Assembly: GCA_002269645.1 (NCBI GenBank)
Contig: NIVC01003745.1
Coordinates: 15,156 to 79,155 of the forward strand
Direction: 5' to 3'
DNA length: 64,000 nucleotides
Source: Macrostomum lignano
Lineage: Eukaryota
This document shows, piece by piece, positions 1-11,990 of the stretch (position 1 is the stretch's first letter; each line of letters begins with the position of its first letter). The translations under genes and the position numbers were made by a program. The notes beneath the pieces are model-generated. The model did no database searches and was not told the origin of the DNA. It worked only from the letters and a program-made list of their open reading frames with translations.

Positions 1-390
1 GTTGGAAGATGGGAGAATAGGTTGGGAGATGGGAGAATAGGTTGGGAGATGGGAGAATAGGTTGGGAGATGGGAGAATAGGTTGGGAGATGGGAGAATAG
101 GTTGGGAGATGGGAGAATAGGTTGGGAGATGGGAGAATAGGTTGGGAGATGGGAGAATAGGTTGGAAGATGGGAGATTGGAGAATAGGAGATGGGAGATG
201 GGAGATGGGAGATGGGAGATGGGAGATGGAGAATGGGAGAATGGGAGAATGGGAGATGGGAGTATGTGAGGTAGGAGAATGGGAGGTAGGAGAATGGGAG
301 ATGGGAGATGGGAGATGGGAGATGGAGAATGGGAGAATGGGGAGAATGGGAGAATGGGAGAATGGGAGATGGGAGAATGGGAGAATGGGA
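1..390. repeat. G-rich minisatellite (20-bp GTTGGGAGATGGGAGAATAG units decaying into GGGAGAT/GGGAGAAT)
   Basis: About 8 near-perfect 20-bp units at 1-170, then shorter degenerate units. It runs off the window edge. Confidence 0.9.
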
Positions 391-1075
391 TAACGGTATA
401 GAGCAGAGAGTTGCGATCAAAGCCACGGGCTCGGGGTTTCCAGAAGGCAGCCAGCCAGCCCTGTCCGAGCTGGTCATCGGACACCTGGAATGGCCGGACA
501 GTTAGAGGGAATAAAGCGGCTGAGAAGGCTGAGTAAGTTGGACAGTTGAAGTGGGACTTAGCAGGCGGATTAAACGCGCGCATTATTTCAAGTGCTTGAG
601 TCCACGCGCATATCGCTGACCGGTAAAGCGCAGCTGCAGCCCCCCCCCCCCTGTTTGTGCCACTTCGTCCCAAAGCTCGCCCGCAATGCAAGTGAAAAAT
701 TAAAATTGCCCTGAGCCAATAATCGGGCGCCAAGTCCGACCCGCAAAGCCGCTCGCTAATTCCGCAGCCTGCACCTGAACTGGGGGGGGGGGGGGCAACT
801 CACGGAAAATATTTCATCGGCAGCTCAGCGCGGGCATTAACAGAAACTGCCATTGGGAGGTGTGCGAAAGACGTGGAGGCCCGGCCCTTGGCACGCCCAG
901 CCAATCAGCGGCCGCGCACCGCCCCCCCCCACCCGAGGGGACCCCAGACAAAATAAGAGGCCTTGAGATTCGCAGAGCGTGCGTGCCAGTCTGCAAACCC
1001 CGAAGCTCCTCCTGCCACTCTGTCGCGTGTCCTCTCGAGTTTCTGTCTGAAAGCCCAGCAGAGACGCCCAGCCCC

Positions 1076-4000
1076 ATGGCTCCAGCCACGCCGCGCCTCA
1101 GCCGCAGCAGCGGACGCAGCTTCCGCCGCCTTCGCAGCCTCACACGCTCCTGCCGGCGCAGGCAGCCGCTGCCACCCCGCCCGGAGACGCCGCCAGTGGC
1201 GCTGCTGGCCGCCTCGCCCTGCCCGCTGCGTTTCCTCGCCTTCTCGGTGCCCCCCAGCCCGCTCGCACCGCCGCCCTCCGCCTTGGCGCCCGCTGCCCAG
1301 CCGCCGCAGGCCCCGCAGCAGCAGCGGCCCTCCTGGCTGCGGCGGCTCGGCGGCCGGCTGCCGCGGACTCCGTTCCGCCACCGCCTGCGGCTCCCCGCCG
1401 CCGCGGCTGGCCGGCTGCTGCATCGCCAGAAGGCGCAGCGGCTTCGGCAGCAGCAGCTGCAGCTCACCGTCACCCCCACCCTGTTTGCCGCAGCCTGCCA
1501 AGCCGCGCTCGCCGCCCGCCGCAACCGCGGCCTGGCGGAGCTCCCAGCCGCCGGGGACGCCACACCGGTCGCCTTCGCCGCCCGCCGGGAGACGCCGCAG
1601 CCGCAGCCGCCGGCGCCGCCTGCCAGATTCCCGCAGCCAGCGCCGGAACTCGACTTTGGTGTGAGTTTCATTTCACTTTTTCATTTAGCGTGCATGCGCG
1701 CTGTGCCTACTTTTGGCAGCGTCCCTAGTAGTAACGATAGCGTAGGAAACGTATTTTTATGCTCGAATTTTACAATTATCTGTCTGATTTTGGCTAAGGG
1801 CTTAAAGGAAAAGCTGCAGGATTGATGTTGAGGCATATTTACTGATGCACAGTGACACACAACTATCATCATATTTACTGATGCACAGTGACACACAACT
1901 ATCATTTGTACTCATTTTTCATTAACAGCGATCCACTGAGAAGGTCGTCCACTCCAGGAACGGCTCGGCTGTCAGCTTGCAGCAGCAGCAGCAGTCAGCG
2001 GCAGCGCCGAGGGTGAGTCGGATTCTCGCTTTCCTACTGTTACGAGTACTGTTAAGCACTGGCTTATGCTGGGGTCAATGCTTGCATGTGTTGGCGGTGT
2101 CTCCAACTATTTGCATAAACTATTTGCATAACCAAGCAAGCCCACGATATGTATCGAAACTGGTTACAGCTCAGCCTAAAACCTCGATATGTATTGAAAT
2201 CATGACAGCCCTAGAACCCACCAGTCCCAAAGCCGATATGTATGGAAAATAACAAAACCAAGCCCACTGCGTACAGTCGGCGGAGCCCGCGGCTTCCGTT
2301 GAGCTGCGCCCCAAGCCGGCGGTGCCGCAGCGCCTGTCCCGGCAGCGGCCGAGCTCCCAGCTGCTGCAGCCGCCGCCAAGCGCCGCCACTGCTGTCTCCG
2401 GGGACGTCGCGGAGCCGCACGTGACGCTGAGGCCGAAGCGGCCGTCTGCCAGGCGGGCCTCCTCAGTGGCCGCCGAGAGCCGCAAGGTGGTGCTCATGAG
2501 GAATCACAACCCAGTGGCTAATCGCAGCTTGAATTGGCGTGCCGTGTGACTTAATCAAATCTGTTATCATTAATATCGGACAGCAAATTTAATCATTGAC
2601 TAACTTGCTTACAGCGGCAGCTTATCGGTTAAATGATTAAAAAACTGATTCGGTTTTCAAAGCTTTTACTTTTAGTAGTCTGTCACGCGAATTATGCGAT
2701 AACTCATAGTTGCCTTATCTTCGGCTCGCGTAGTTGCAACACGCTTTCCCAGCCTCATCGGACGCGTCATCACTCAAATCCCAAATCCTGCCATTGCAGA
2801 ACCTGACGGCCACCCGACCGCAGCAGCAGCAGGCGGCCACGCTGGCAGCCAACCCGCTTCCGGTTGAAGTCGAAATTCGAACTCGGAATACCGTCAACCA
2901 GGCGGCCCAGGTGAGCCTAATTAGCCCTTAATCCCGTCCTTAACTGCATGAAGCCTCACTGAGCTTAAATTGAAATTTCACCTCCTGCTGCCTCTTTCAC
3001 CTCTGCAGGACCGGCGGCAGCCAGCGGCCCCCGCAGCGCCGCCCCCGCAGATTCCGCTGAGGGACAAGCGGAGCAGCCAGCTGCATCCGGTGAGTCCGCA
3101 GTTCCTGTGCTCTTCTGAAGGGCTTTGACTGCCCTGTCCCACCCCTGTCTCTTGTCTGTCCCACCCTGTCTCTTGTCTGTCCCACCCTGTCTCTTGTCTG
3201 TCCCACCCTGTCTCTTGTCTGTCCCACCCCTGTCTCTTGTCTGTCCCACCCTGTCTCTTGTCTGTCCCACCCTGTCTCTTGTCTGTCCCACCCTGTCTCT
3301 TGTCTGTCCCACCCTGTCTCTTGTCTGTCCCACCCCTGTCTCTTGTCTGTCCCACCCCTGTCTCTTGTCTGTCCCACCCTGTCTCTTGTCTGTCCCACCC
3401 TGTCTCTTGTCTGTCCCACCCTGTCTCTTGTCCGTCCCACCCCTGTCTCTTGTCTGTCCCACCCCTGTTTCTTGTCTGTCCCACCCTGTCTCTTGTCTGT
3501 CCCACCCTGTCTCTTGTCTGTCCCATCCCTGTCTCTTGTCTGTCCCACCCCCTGTCTCTTGTCTGTCCCACCCCCTGTCTCTTGTCTGTCCCACCCCCTG
3601 TCTCTTGTCTGTCCCACTCCCTGTCTCCTGTCTGTCTTGTCTCCACCCTGCTCCCCAGTCTAATCTGTCAACCAGCTCGGATCATCTCAAAGCAGCTCTA
3701 ATCGCCTCTAATCATGTCTAATCGTCTCTATAATCGTCTAATCATATCTAACTATCTCTAATAATCTCCAATAATCTCTAATCATATCTAATCGTCTCTA
3801 ATCATCTCTAATCATCTTTAATCATCTCTAATCATCTCTAATCATCTCTAATCATCAATAATAATCTAATCAGCACCCGTCTAACCAGCCGCCGCACCCC
3901 GCCTCCTCAGGAGTCAGCCGCGCCTCAGTCGCAGCCGCAGCGCCGCTCCCACCTGTTCGGGTCGTCACCCGATGCAGCCCCGGCGGTGTCGGTGGGTCCC

Positions 4001-5047
4001 GGCCGCGCCATCCCCGTCAAGCAGGGCGTGCTGGCCAAGCGCTGCACTGGCGGTATCTCCTCCGAGTGGCGCCGCAAATTCGTCACCCTGGGCGAGGACG
4101 GCCGCCTCACCTACTACGCCAGCCTCCACGAGTACATGGAGAACGGCCGCGGCCGCTGCGTGGACCTCGGCCAGGCCACCGTCCGCCTGCAGGACCACCC
4201 GCACCACCACCACAAGCGCGGAAAGTCCGGCGGTTCCGGCAGCGAGGCCGCCGGATTCGAACTCGTGACCTTGGACGGCCGGGTCCGCCAGTTCGAGGCG
4301 CCCAACCGCGACGTCCGCGACGCCTGGGTGACCGCCCTGCGCGCCGCCACCCTCGGCCGCCTGCGCGCTGGCCGCGACGGCGACGTTGATGGAAACGACG
4401 CTGCCGCTCTGCTGGACGCGGCCCGCCGGTTGCCAGGCAACGAGCGCTGCGCGGACTGCGGCGCCCCGCAGCCAGACTGGGCCAGCGTCAGCCTCGGCCT
4501 CCTCATCTGCCTGCGCTGCAGCGGCGCCCACCGCCAGCTCGGCACCCACCTGAGCCGCGTCCGCTCGCTGCACCTGGACTCCTGGACCACCGGCCACGCC
4601 TTGCCGCTCAGCGTCGTTGGCAACGCGCTTGGCAACGGTGTCTGGGAGGCGCGCCTGCCGCCGGGCGCTCGGCCGTCTCCAGACGCGGACAGCGCCGAGT
4701 GGGAGGCCTTCGCCCGCGCCAAATACGAGCGCGGCGACTTCCTGCCCGAGGCCGCGCGGCCTTCCGACCTCGCCGACGCCGCTGCTTCCGGCGACACCCG
4801 CCGACTGCTGGCCGCGCTGGCCCGCGCCAGCCCCGCCGACCTGGACGCCGTCCCCGCCGACCCCAGCCGCCTGCCGCCGCTGCACGCCTGCGCTGCCGCG
4901 GGCAGCCGCGCCCACCTCCAGCTGCTACTGTGGCGCGGCGCGAGCCCCGGCGCCAGAGACCGGCGCGGCCGCACGGCAAGCGACTGCGCCAGGGCGGCGG
5001 GCCACGCGGACTGCGAGAAACTCCTGCGGCTGGCCTGCAGCTCCTGA
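1076..5047 (+). CDS. AGAP: AGAP/centaurin-gamma-like ArfGAP with PH domain and ankyrin repeats
   Basis: Exons 1076-1660, 1929-2012, 2277-2486, 2800-2910, 3009-3089, 3911-5047, all phase 0 with GT-AG introns. Motifs: RRSHLF and GPGRAIPVKQG (AGAP signature before the PH domain), CADC-x16-CLRC-SGAHR ArfGAP zinc finger with arginine finger, ankyrin-like PPLHACAAAG. The start codon and first exons are less certain than the last exon. Confidence 0.85.
3128..3650. repeat. Intronic pyrimidine-rich minisatellite (21-23 bp, CCCACCCTGTCTCTTGTCTGT)
   Basis: About 23 units in AGAP intron 5, followed by a 10-bp TAATCATCTC array at about 3713-3870. Confidence 0.9.
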
Positions 5048-5559
5048 CGGCCTCCCCGCCTGCCCTCAGCCTCCGTCTGCCAGATTTCTCTTCAAGTTTC
5101 TGTACACAAGTGTTGCGCTGAGCGCTCCGTTTCTTGCCTGCCTGTGGCTCTCCGTGTCTTCTTGCGCCCTGCGCTGCCCCGGGCCGCCCCTCCGTCCTGC
5201 TGCCGACTCTCCCGCTGCCCTCCAGTGCATCGCTTTGATGAGTTTTACGCACTGCACTACCTACTCACTGGTTAGTAGTAATATTTGCGGTTTTAACAAT
5301 CGTTCTCTACAGTGATTACACTCTGTTAGTGCTACTGACTTCCTCAGTAATATATAGCTGATAACATATTGTTTTGCCCTCATTTTATTCTCTGAAAGAT
5401 TTGTACAGATGTGCACTCGATGAATAATAATACATATAAAGTGTATGCTAAACTCTTCACTGCATTGCCATAACACTTATCATAACCGCAACATTTGTTT
5501 GACACATTTTTTATCAATTTGTGAATTGGTTACCAGATCTGAATACCCGAGGACAGAAA

Positions 5560-6157
5560 GGTGGATGCTGGGACAGGGTGGGCGCGGATGCTGGGACAGG
5601 GTGGGGGCGGATGCTAGGACAGGGTACAGGTGGATGCTGGGACAGGGTGGGTGCGGATGCTGGGACAGGGTGGAGGCGGATGCTGGGACACGGTGGGGGC
5701 GGATGCTGGGACACGGTGGGGGCGGATGCTAGGACACGGTGGGGGCGGATGCTAGGACAGGGTACAGGTGGATGCTGGGCCAGTAAGGGTGGATGCTGGG
5801 CCAGTAAGGGCGGATGCTAGGACACGGTGGGGGCGGATGCTAGGACAGGGTACAGGTGGATGCTGGGCCAGTAAGGGTGCATGCTGGGCCAGTAAGGGCG
5901 GATGCTGGGCCAGTAAGTGCGGATGCTGGGCCAGTAAGGGCGGATGCTGGGCCAGTAAGGGCGGATGCTGGGCCAGTAAGGGCGGATGCTTGGCCAGTAA
6001 GGGCGGATGCTTGGCCAGTAAGGGCGGATGCTGGGCCAGTAAGGGCGGATGCTGGGCCAGTAAGGGCGGATGCTTGGCCAGTAAGGGCGGATGCTTGGCC
6101 AGTAAGGGCGGATGCTGGGCCAGTAAGGGCGGATGCTTGGCCAGTAAGGGCGGATGC
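5560..6157. repeat. Compound minisatellite (23-bp GGATGCTGGGACAGGGTGGGGGC then 21-bp GGATGCTGGGCCAGTAAGGGC)
   Basis: Two related units sharing a GGATGCTGGG core lie in tandem. Confidence 0.9.
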
Positions 6158-6584
6158 TATGGAATGGGCTAGGTATTGAATTCATGTTGTATTATAATTC
6201 ACGCTACGCTGCCCGCCATCTCAAGATGACATTGATAGCCGATGACGTGGCCGAGTGGCTAGACTACATGTACATAGGCTAGCAAGCGATTTTCAATGAT
6301 TTCTCCTACGCCCTTCAGCAGAGCTGCGGCAAAGTATTGACTCAACGCTGATCCCGATGCGTAGCTAAATGACCTACATGTAATTAGTTGCTTACTGTAT
6401 TGCTTCATAATCGAATTGCTAAAGTGCCAGCTCTCCGAAAAGTTTGCCGAAAATGCGGGGCCGGGGGGTCGTGCTTTTCTAGCAAAACATCCACTTCCCA
6501 TTTGTCCAATTAGAAGTGACCATTGACCCGTCCTTCAAACCGCGCTGCCAAGCAACCGAGTGACGTCATTGCGCAAGCCTGCTA

Positions 6585-6790
6585 TGATTGGCTTCGGGAT
6601 TCAGGATTGGCTTCAGGACTGGCTTCAGGGTTAGCTTCAGGATTCGCTTCAGGTTTGGCTTCAGGGTTAGCTTCAGGATTGGTTTCAGGATTGGCTTCAG
6701 GATTGGCTTCAGGGTTGGCTTCAGGGTTAGCTTCAGGATTGGTTTCAGGTTTGTTTTCAGGATTGGCTTCAGGGTTTTAAGGCTTCAGGG
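6585..6790. repeat. 12-bp minisatellite (GGATTGGCTTCA)
   Basis: About 16 units. It explains the ASGL/GFRI repeat ORFs. Confidence 0.9.
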
Positions 6791-6889
6791 TCCATACCAT
6801 CATCACGGAGCGGACCAAGATGATCAAAAGCAGCCTGCTCACTCTCAGGCTGCTGAGGTTTTGTATTTTTCTGCGAACTCCGTGAAAGC

Positions 6890-7036
6890 TGTAGTTACAA
6901 TTGCGAGCGTACTGAGCGCTGGTAGAACAGAAGTTTTATTTAATGGAAAGGCTGCGCCGCCCGCGCTTAATTTAAAGCAGTACAGAACAAGCCACGGCAA
7001 AGGTGTGACAAAGATGGCAGTAGTTAAAGTACAACA
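6890..7036 (-). repeat. Putative 3' LTR (about 147 bp, TG...CA) preceded by a polypurine tract
   Basis: On the minus strand, PPT AGGGGGGAAA (7046-7037) is followed directly by TGTTGTAC, with an internal AATAAA and the end TGTAACTACA at 6890. The distal boundary is inferred because no second LTR is available for comparison. Confidence 0.65.
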
Positions 7037-7599
7037 TTTCCCCCCTGATCTCAAGATCAAATGTCAGGATGGTGCATAGCGCTGGGGTGGCGACCTCCTG
7101 GGCGCGGTAGTCCGTTGACTTCCACCGATACGCCTCGGGTTGGACCCGTCACTTGGCCGCGTGGCCACTCGTCCGTGCACCCGGCATTTGGCTTCACGAA
7201 CACTTCAGTACCGGGAAGAAACATTGCGTTGGCTTCGGGTGCATCCTTGACTCTCACAGATGGGGGCTTCCAGTCGTAGTTGGAGATGATCCTGCTGGGT
7301 ACGCTGTCGGCACAGGTGCCATTCCTGGGGGCCAGATTATAGCAGAAAACCATGTCAAGGATGTCGCGGCCGGTTCTGGTTGACATGCGCTTAATGGTCC
7401 TGTGGTTCCGTTCCACGATTCCGTTACCGGACGGGCGGTGAGCGCATCGGAAGATGGCTTGCACTCCCCATGCGTTGCACATGATGGCTACCTCAACCGA
7501 GCGAGACGTCGGCGAGTTGTCGAGTAGCGGCTGACATGGAGGACCTCGCTCCCGGAACACTTGTAAGAGCAGTAGTGCGTCACGTCGCAGGCTATACGC

Positions 7600-8169
7600 C
7601 ACCAGTTAGATTCAACTTCAAGATCGCCGTGATCCCAGCTAACTGCAGCAGGGTCCCACCAGTTTGATTCAACTTCAAGATCGCCGTGATCCCAGCTAAC
7701 TGCAGCAGGGTCCCACCAGTTTGATTCAACTTCAAGATCGCCGTGATCCCAGCTAACTGCAGCAGGGTCCCACCAGTTTGATTCAACTTCAAGATCGCCG
7801 TGATCCCAGCTAACTGCAGCAGGGTCCCACCAGTTTGATTCAACTTCAAGATCACAGTGATCCCAGCTAACTGCAGCAGGGTCCCACCAGTTTGATTCAA
7901 CTTCAAGATCGCCGTGATCCCAGCTAACTGCAGCAGGGTCCCACCAGTTTGATTCAACTTCAAGATCACAGTGATCCCAGCTAACTGCAGCAGGGTCCCA
8001 CCAGTTTGATTCAACTTCAAGATCGCCGTGATCCCAGCTAACTGCAGCAGGGTCCCACCAGTTTGATTCAACTTCAAGATCACAGTGATCCCAGCTAACT
8101 GCAGCAGGGTCCCACCAGTTTGATTCAACTTCAAGATCGCCGTGATCCCAGCTAACTGCAGCAGGGTCG
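7600..8169. repeat. 57-bp tandem array x10, in frame within the integrase
   Basis: The unit encodes DPAAVSWDH(G/C)DLEVESNWW. Ten copies were counted in ORF 7488-8357. Confidence 0.95.
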
Positions 8170-9270
8170 ACCGACTTGCAGCGGCCGCAGCTGTCAACCA
8201 CCCGCTCCACATCCTGACGCTGTACTTGGCCGTCCAGGAAGCTTAGTCTGGCAAAGTACAGTGTCTTATCCACGCCGAAGTGATGTTGCTCATGGCATTT
8301 CTTGATGTCTTCGTCGATAGGGAGCAGCCCGATCGCACACTGAGGCCCCTGGCGCAACCACTTGCTGCGGCACCCGTGTGAGTGCGTCGGCCTTATTTAG
8401 CGAGGACACCTCTGGCGACGTCTAATTCCAAGCCTCACCCCTGCCGTGTCGCGGATCAGTGCCAGCCGTCTTCTTGCCAGAGATTCACCCAGACCCTTGA
8501 CTCTGATGGGTTTCTTGCCGGCGATCAACGATCGGATCCAGCCGTACACGGTCGCCGAGTCAGTCACGATTTCCACTCTCTTCGTGCCCCAGCCGATTGC
8601 TAGGTTGAGCCCCTTGATGATCGCTTTGAGTTCAGCCAAGTTTATGTCGTCTGGCTTACGTAGCCACGAGGCGTCTTCAGCGATGACACCACGTTTACTT
8701 CTAGGCACGCACCGATCGCTCTGCTGCTGGCGTCGCACCATGCCATGTCGGAGTTGTGGTTAGCATTGCTAAGAATTTCTTCCAGATTGATTATTTTTAT
8801 TTCAGCTTCATTCTGAGGATATTCGTAACGGAATTGGTAATTTTGGTAGTACTTGGTGTCTGCAGTCTTGTTCAAATAGGCTCTGCTCCACTCCTTTTAG
8901 CTCCATGTCCGACTCCACATGATTCATAAAGCCGAAACAGCGACTTGCGAATCAGTGTTTGTCCCAGATAGCATCGTATACATATAACTATATTTGTCAC
9001 TTCACAGATTTGTGCGTGCACTACTACTAGGACCATAATAAAGGAGTAAAAATTGAAGAAATAATAAGACAAATTTTACAAGTAAATTTACAAACACGAA
9101 AGATATAAATATCTTTTTCAAGACATCGATTTCCATCTTAGGCATTTTATTCGGTTATACTCAACGCTTTCCCGGAAAATCGTTAATATGATATTTAACA
9201 TCCTTTTTAGGGCACCACTCGTGTTTATATATAAATCATGAGAGCCGTAGGCATCTATCTATCAATTTAT

Positions 9271-10660
9271 CTATCTCCGACGACGACGATCATTCTCCAC
9301 GGTTGTTGTCGGAGTGGTTGTTGTTGGAGTGGTTGTTGTTGGAGTGGTTGTTGTCGGAGTGGTTGTTGTCGGAGTGGTTGTTGTCGGAGTGGTTGTTGTC
9401 GGAGTGGTTGTTGTCGGAGTGGTTGTTGTTGGAGTGGTTGTTGTTGGAGTGGTTGTTGTCGGAGTGGTTGTTGTCGGAGTGGTTGTTGTCGGAGTGGTTG
9501 TTGTCGGAGTGGTTGTTGTCGGAGTGGTTGTTGTCGGAGTGGTTGTTGTCGGAGTGGTTGTTGTCGGAGTGGTTGTTGTCGGAGTGGTTGTTGTTGGAGT
9601 GGTTGTTGTCGGAGTGGTTGTTGTCGGAGTGGTTGTTGTCGGAGTGGTTGTTGTCGGAGTGGTTGTTGTCGGAGTGGTTGTGGTCGGAGTGGTTGTTGTT
9701 GGAGTAATTGTTGTCGGAGTGGTTGTTGTCGGAGAAGTTGAGGTTGGAGTGGTTGTTGTCGGAGTGGTTGTTGTCGGAGTGGTTGTTGTCGGAGTGGTTG
9801 TGGTCGGAGTGGTTGTTGTTGGAGTAATTGTTGTCGGAGTGGTTGTTGTCGGAGAAGTTGAGGTTGGAGTGGTTGTTGTCGGAGTGGTTGTAGTCGGAGT
9901 GGTTGTTGTCAGAGTGGTTACTGTCGGAGTGGTTGTAGTCGGAGTGGTTGAAGTCGGAGTGGTTGTAGTCGCAGTGATTGTAGTCGGAGTGGTTGTCGGA
10001 GTGGTTGCTGTCGGAGTGGTTGTAGTCGGAGTGGTTGCTGTCGGAGTGGTTGTCGGAGTGGTTGTGGTCGGAGTGGTTGTCGGAGTGGTTGTGGTCGGAG
10101 TGGTTGTGGTCGGAGTGGTTGTGGTCGGAGTGGTTGTGGTCGGAGTGGTTGTGGTCGGAGTGGTTGTGGTCGGAGTGGTTGTGGTCGGAGTGGTTGTGTT
10201 CGGAGTGGTTGTGGTCGGAGTGGTTGTGGTCAGAGTGGTTTTGGTCGGAGAAGTAGTTATTTGGGTGGCAATTGTAGTTGGCAGTTTTTTCACGGACGCC
10301 CCAGAAGCTGCTGTGGTTCCTTGGTCTCCTGCAGTCCAGTTCGAGCTCCTGATGTGGCTGACGCAGCCAGGTGCCGCAGACTCCACAAACAGAGCTCCCA
10401 GCTGCTCAGCGGTACCGAAGTAGCACGCGGAGTCCCGTTGCAAAGCTCTGTGCAGCACGGAGCAGCTGATGGCGGAGGCGCACTCAGCAAAGCAGGCCCG
10501 AGGGTCTCGAACGCCTTCGAGGCGTCTCAGCTTAGCGAGGCTGGAGTTGCCAGATGGGCACCGGGCCGCCCGGTGGAACGCAACCTTTGCTGCCGATGGC
10601 TGAGCCTCTGGCTACGGACAGCGCGATGAGCAGGAAGATGAGACAAGCCTTAGAGATCAT
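9271..10660 (-). CDS. Secreted Cys-rich (PAN/apple-like) domain plus Thr-rich PTTTT mucin-like protein, with one apparent +1 frameshift near 10609
   Basis: ATG at 10660 begins a signal-peptide-like MISKACLIFLLIALSVA. Removing one base at about 10609 gives ...SVAEAQPSAAKVAFHRAARC...CFAECASAISC...CYFG...C, which is continuous with ORF 9271-10458 containing about 60 PTTTT units (15-bp repeat, about 9300-10250). The 3' end could splice further. Confidence 0.55.
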
Positions 10661-11199
10661 TCTGCTGCTGGCTTGTCGGGTGAAAATTTCTGTATGCTTC
10701 TGCTTTGAGCGCCATTTAAATACATGTAGGAGCGCAGATCTGCCCTGAGCAGCTGTGCATGCCATTTGGGCCGAAAAGGCAGATGGCACGCCAAGGAGGA
10801 AACTACCAGGTACAGCTGGTACCCCGGTCTCCGAAAGGATAAAAAATTGACGTTACATCCGCTGCAGTTTTTCAAGGAGTCTTCCTTCACCCCTCAGTCG
10901 GTCTGAAAGCTCAACATTCTTCTTCGACGCTCAGATCAGGAAGCTCATGCGTCGCTTTCTGTCCCATTGTTCTCGAGTTTATCCTTGACATCTTGTTGGC
11001 GCTCCGCCGGAACACCACCGGAAGGCGGTGAGAGCTGTGCCGGCACTTCCGGCCAAAGCATCCTGTTGAAACAATGGCTGCTGACAAAGGCAAATTGCGA
11101 TGGCAGTCACTGAGGCTGCCAGTCCGGTCCTAAAGATGCATTTACGATCTAAATGAAACTGACACAGGTGTGCTGAGATTAATGAAATTTATGGCAGCA

Positions 11200-11990
11200 G
11201 AGGGAATGGCACTGGCAGCAGGGGAATGGCACTGGCAGCAGGGGAATGGCACTGGCAGCAGGGTAAGTGGCACTGGCAGCAGGGGAATGGCACTGGCAGC
11301 AGGGGAGTGGCACTGGCAGCAGGGTAAGTGGCACTGGCAGCAGGGTAAGTGGCACTGGCAGCAGGGGAATGGCACTGGCAGCAGGGGAATGGCACTGGCA
11401 GCAGGGTAAGTGGCACTGGCAGCAGGGGAATGGCACTGGCAGCAGGGGAATGGCACTGGCAGCAGGGGAATGGCACTGGCAGCAGGGGAGTGGCACTGGC
11501 AGCAGTGGAATGGCACTGGCAGCAGGGTAAGTGGCACTGGCAGCAGAGGAATGGCACTGGCAGCAGGGGAATGGCACTGGCAGCAGGGTAAGTGGCACTG
11601 GCAGCAGGGGAATGGCACTGGCAGCAGGGTAAGTGGCACTGGCAGCAGAGGGAATGGCACTGGCAGCAGGGGAATGGCACTGGCAGCAGGGGAATGGCAC
11701 TGGCAGCAGGGTAAGTGGCACTGGCAGCAGGGGAATGGCACTGGCAGCAGGGGAGTGGCACTGGCAGCAGGGTAAGTGGCACTGGCAGCAGGGTAAGTGG
11801 CACTGGCAGCAGGGGAATGGCACTGGCAGCAGGGGAATGGCACTGGCAGCAGGGTAAGTGGCACTGGCAGCAGGGGAATGGCACTGGCAGCAGGGGAATG
11901 GCACTGGCAGCAGGGGAATGTCACTGGCAGCAGGGGAATGGCACTGGCAGCAGGGGAATGGCACTGGCAGCAGGGGAATGGCACTGGCAA
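11200..11990. repeat. 20/21-bp minisatellite (GGCACTGGCAGCAGGGGAAT / ...GGGTAAGT)
   Basis: About 38 units in two interleaved variants, intergenic. Confidence 0.9.

Larger units (their letters stand above)
6890..8752 (-). mobile_element. 5'-truncated LTR retrotransposon (RNase H, integrase, PPT, 3' LTR), defective
   Basis: RNase H motifs WCDASS...EDASWLRK..INLAELKAIIKG..VTDS (about 8750-8440). Integrase HHCC motif (CHEQHH..CGRC) and D-D-E residues (CDVTH, LDNS, NGIVERNHRTIK). Frameshifts are present and there is an apparent internal deletion after DVTHY. No RT or gag is visible. Confidence 0.85.

Noticed and set aside
814-5252. Long antisense and alternate-frame ORFs over the AGAP exons (and likewise over other genes)
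   Set aside because: These are expected shadows of very GC-rich, stop-poor coding sequence and contain no recognisable domains.
6245-6265. tRNA A-box-like GTGGCCGAGTGGCTAG
   Set aside because: No B box or cloverleaf follows.
7600-8169. Regularly spaced repeats resembling a CRISPR array (also 27941-28262 and 49925-51095)
   Set aside because: The units are head-to-tail with no unique spacers, there are no cas genes, and the context is eukaryotic.
8765-9072. AT-rich minus-strand ORFs with a hydrophobic N-terminus, abutting the truncated LTR element
   Set aside because: They are short, their composition differs from the real exons in this window, and no motifs or convincing splice sites were found.
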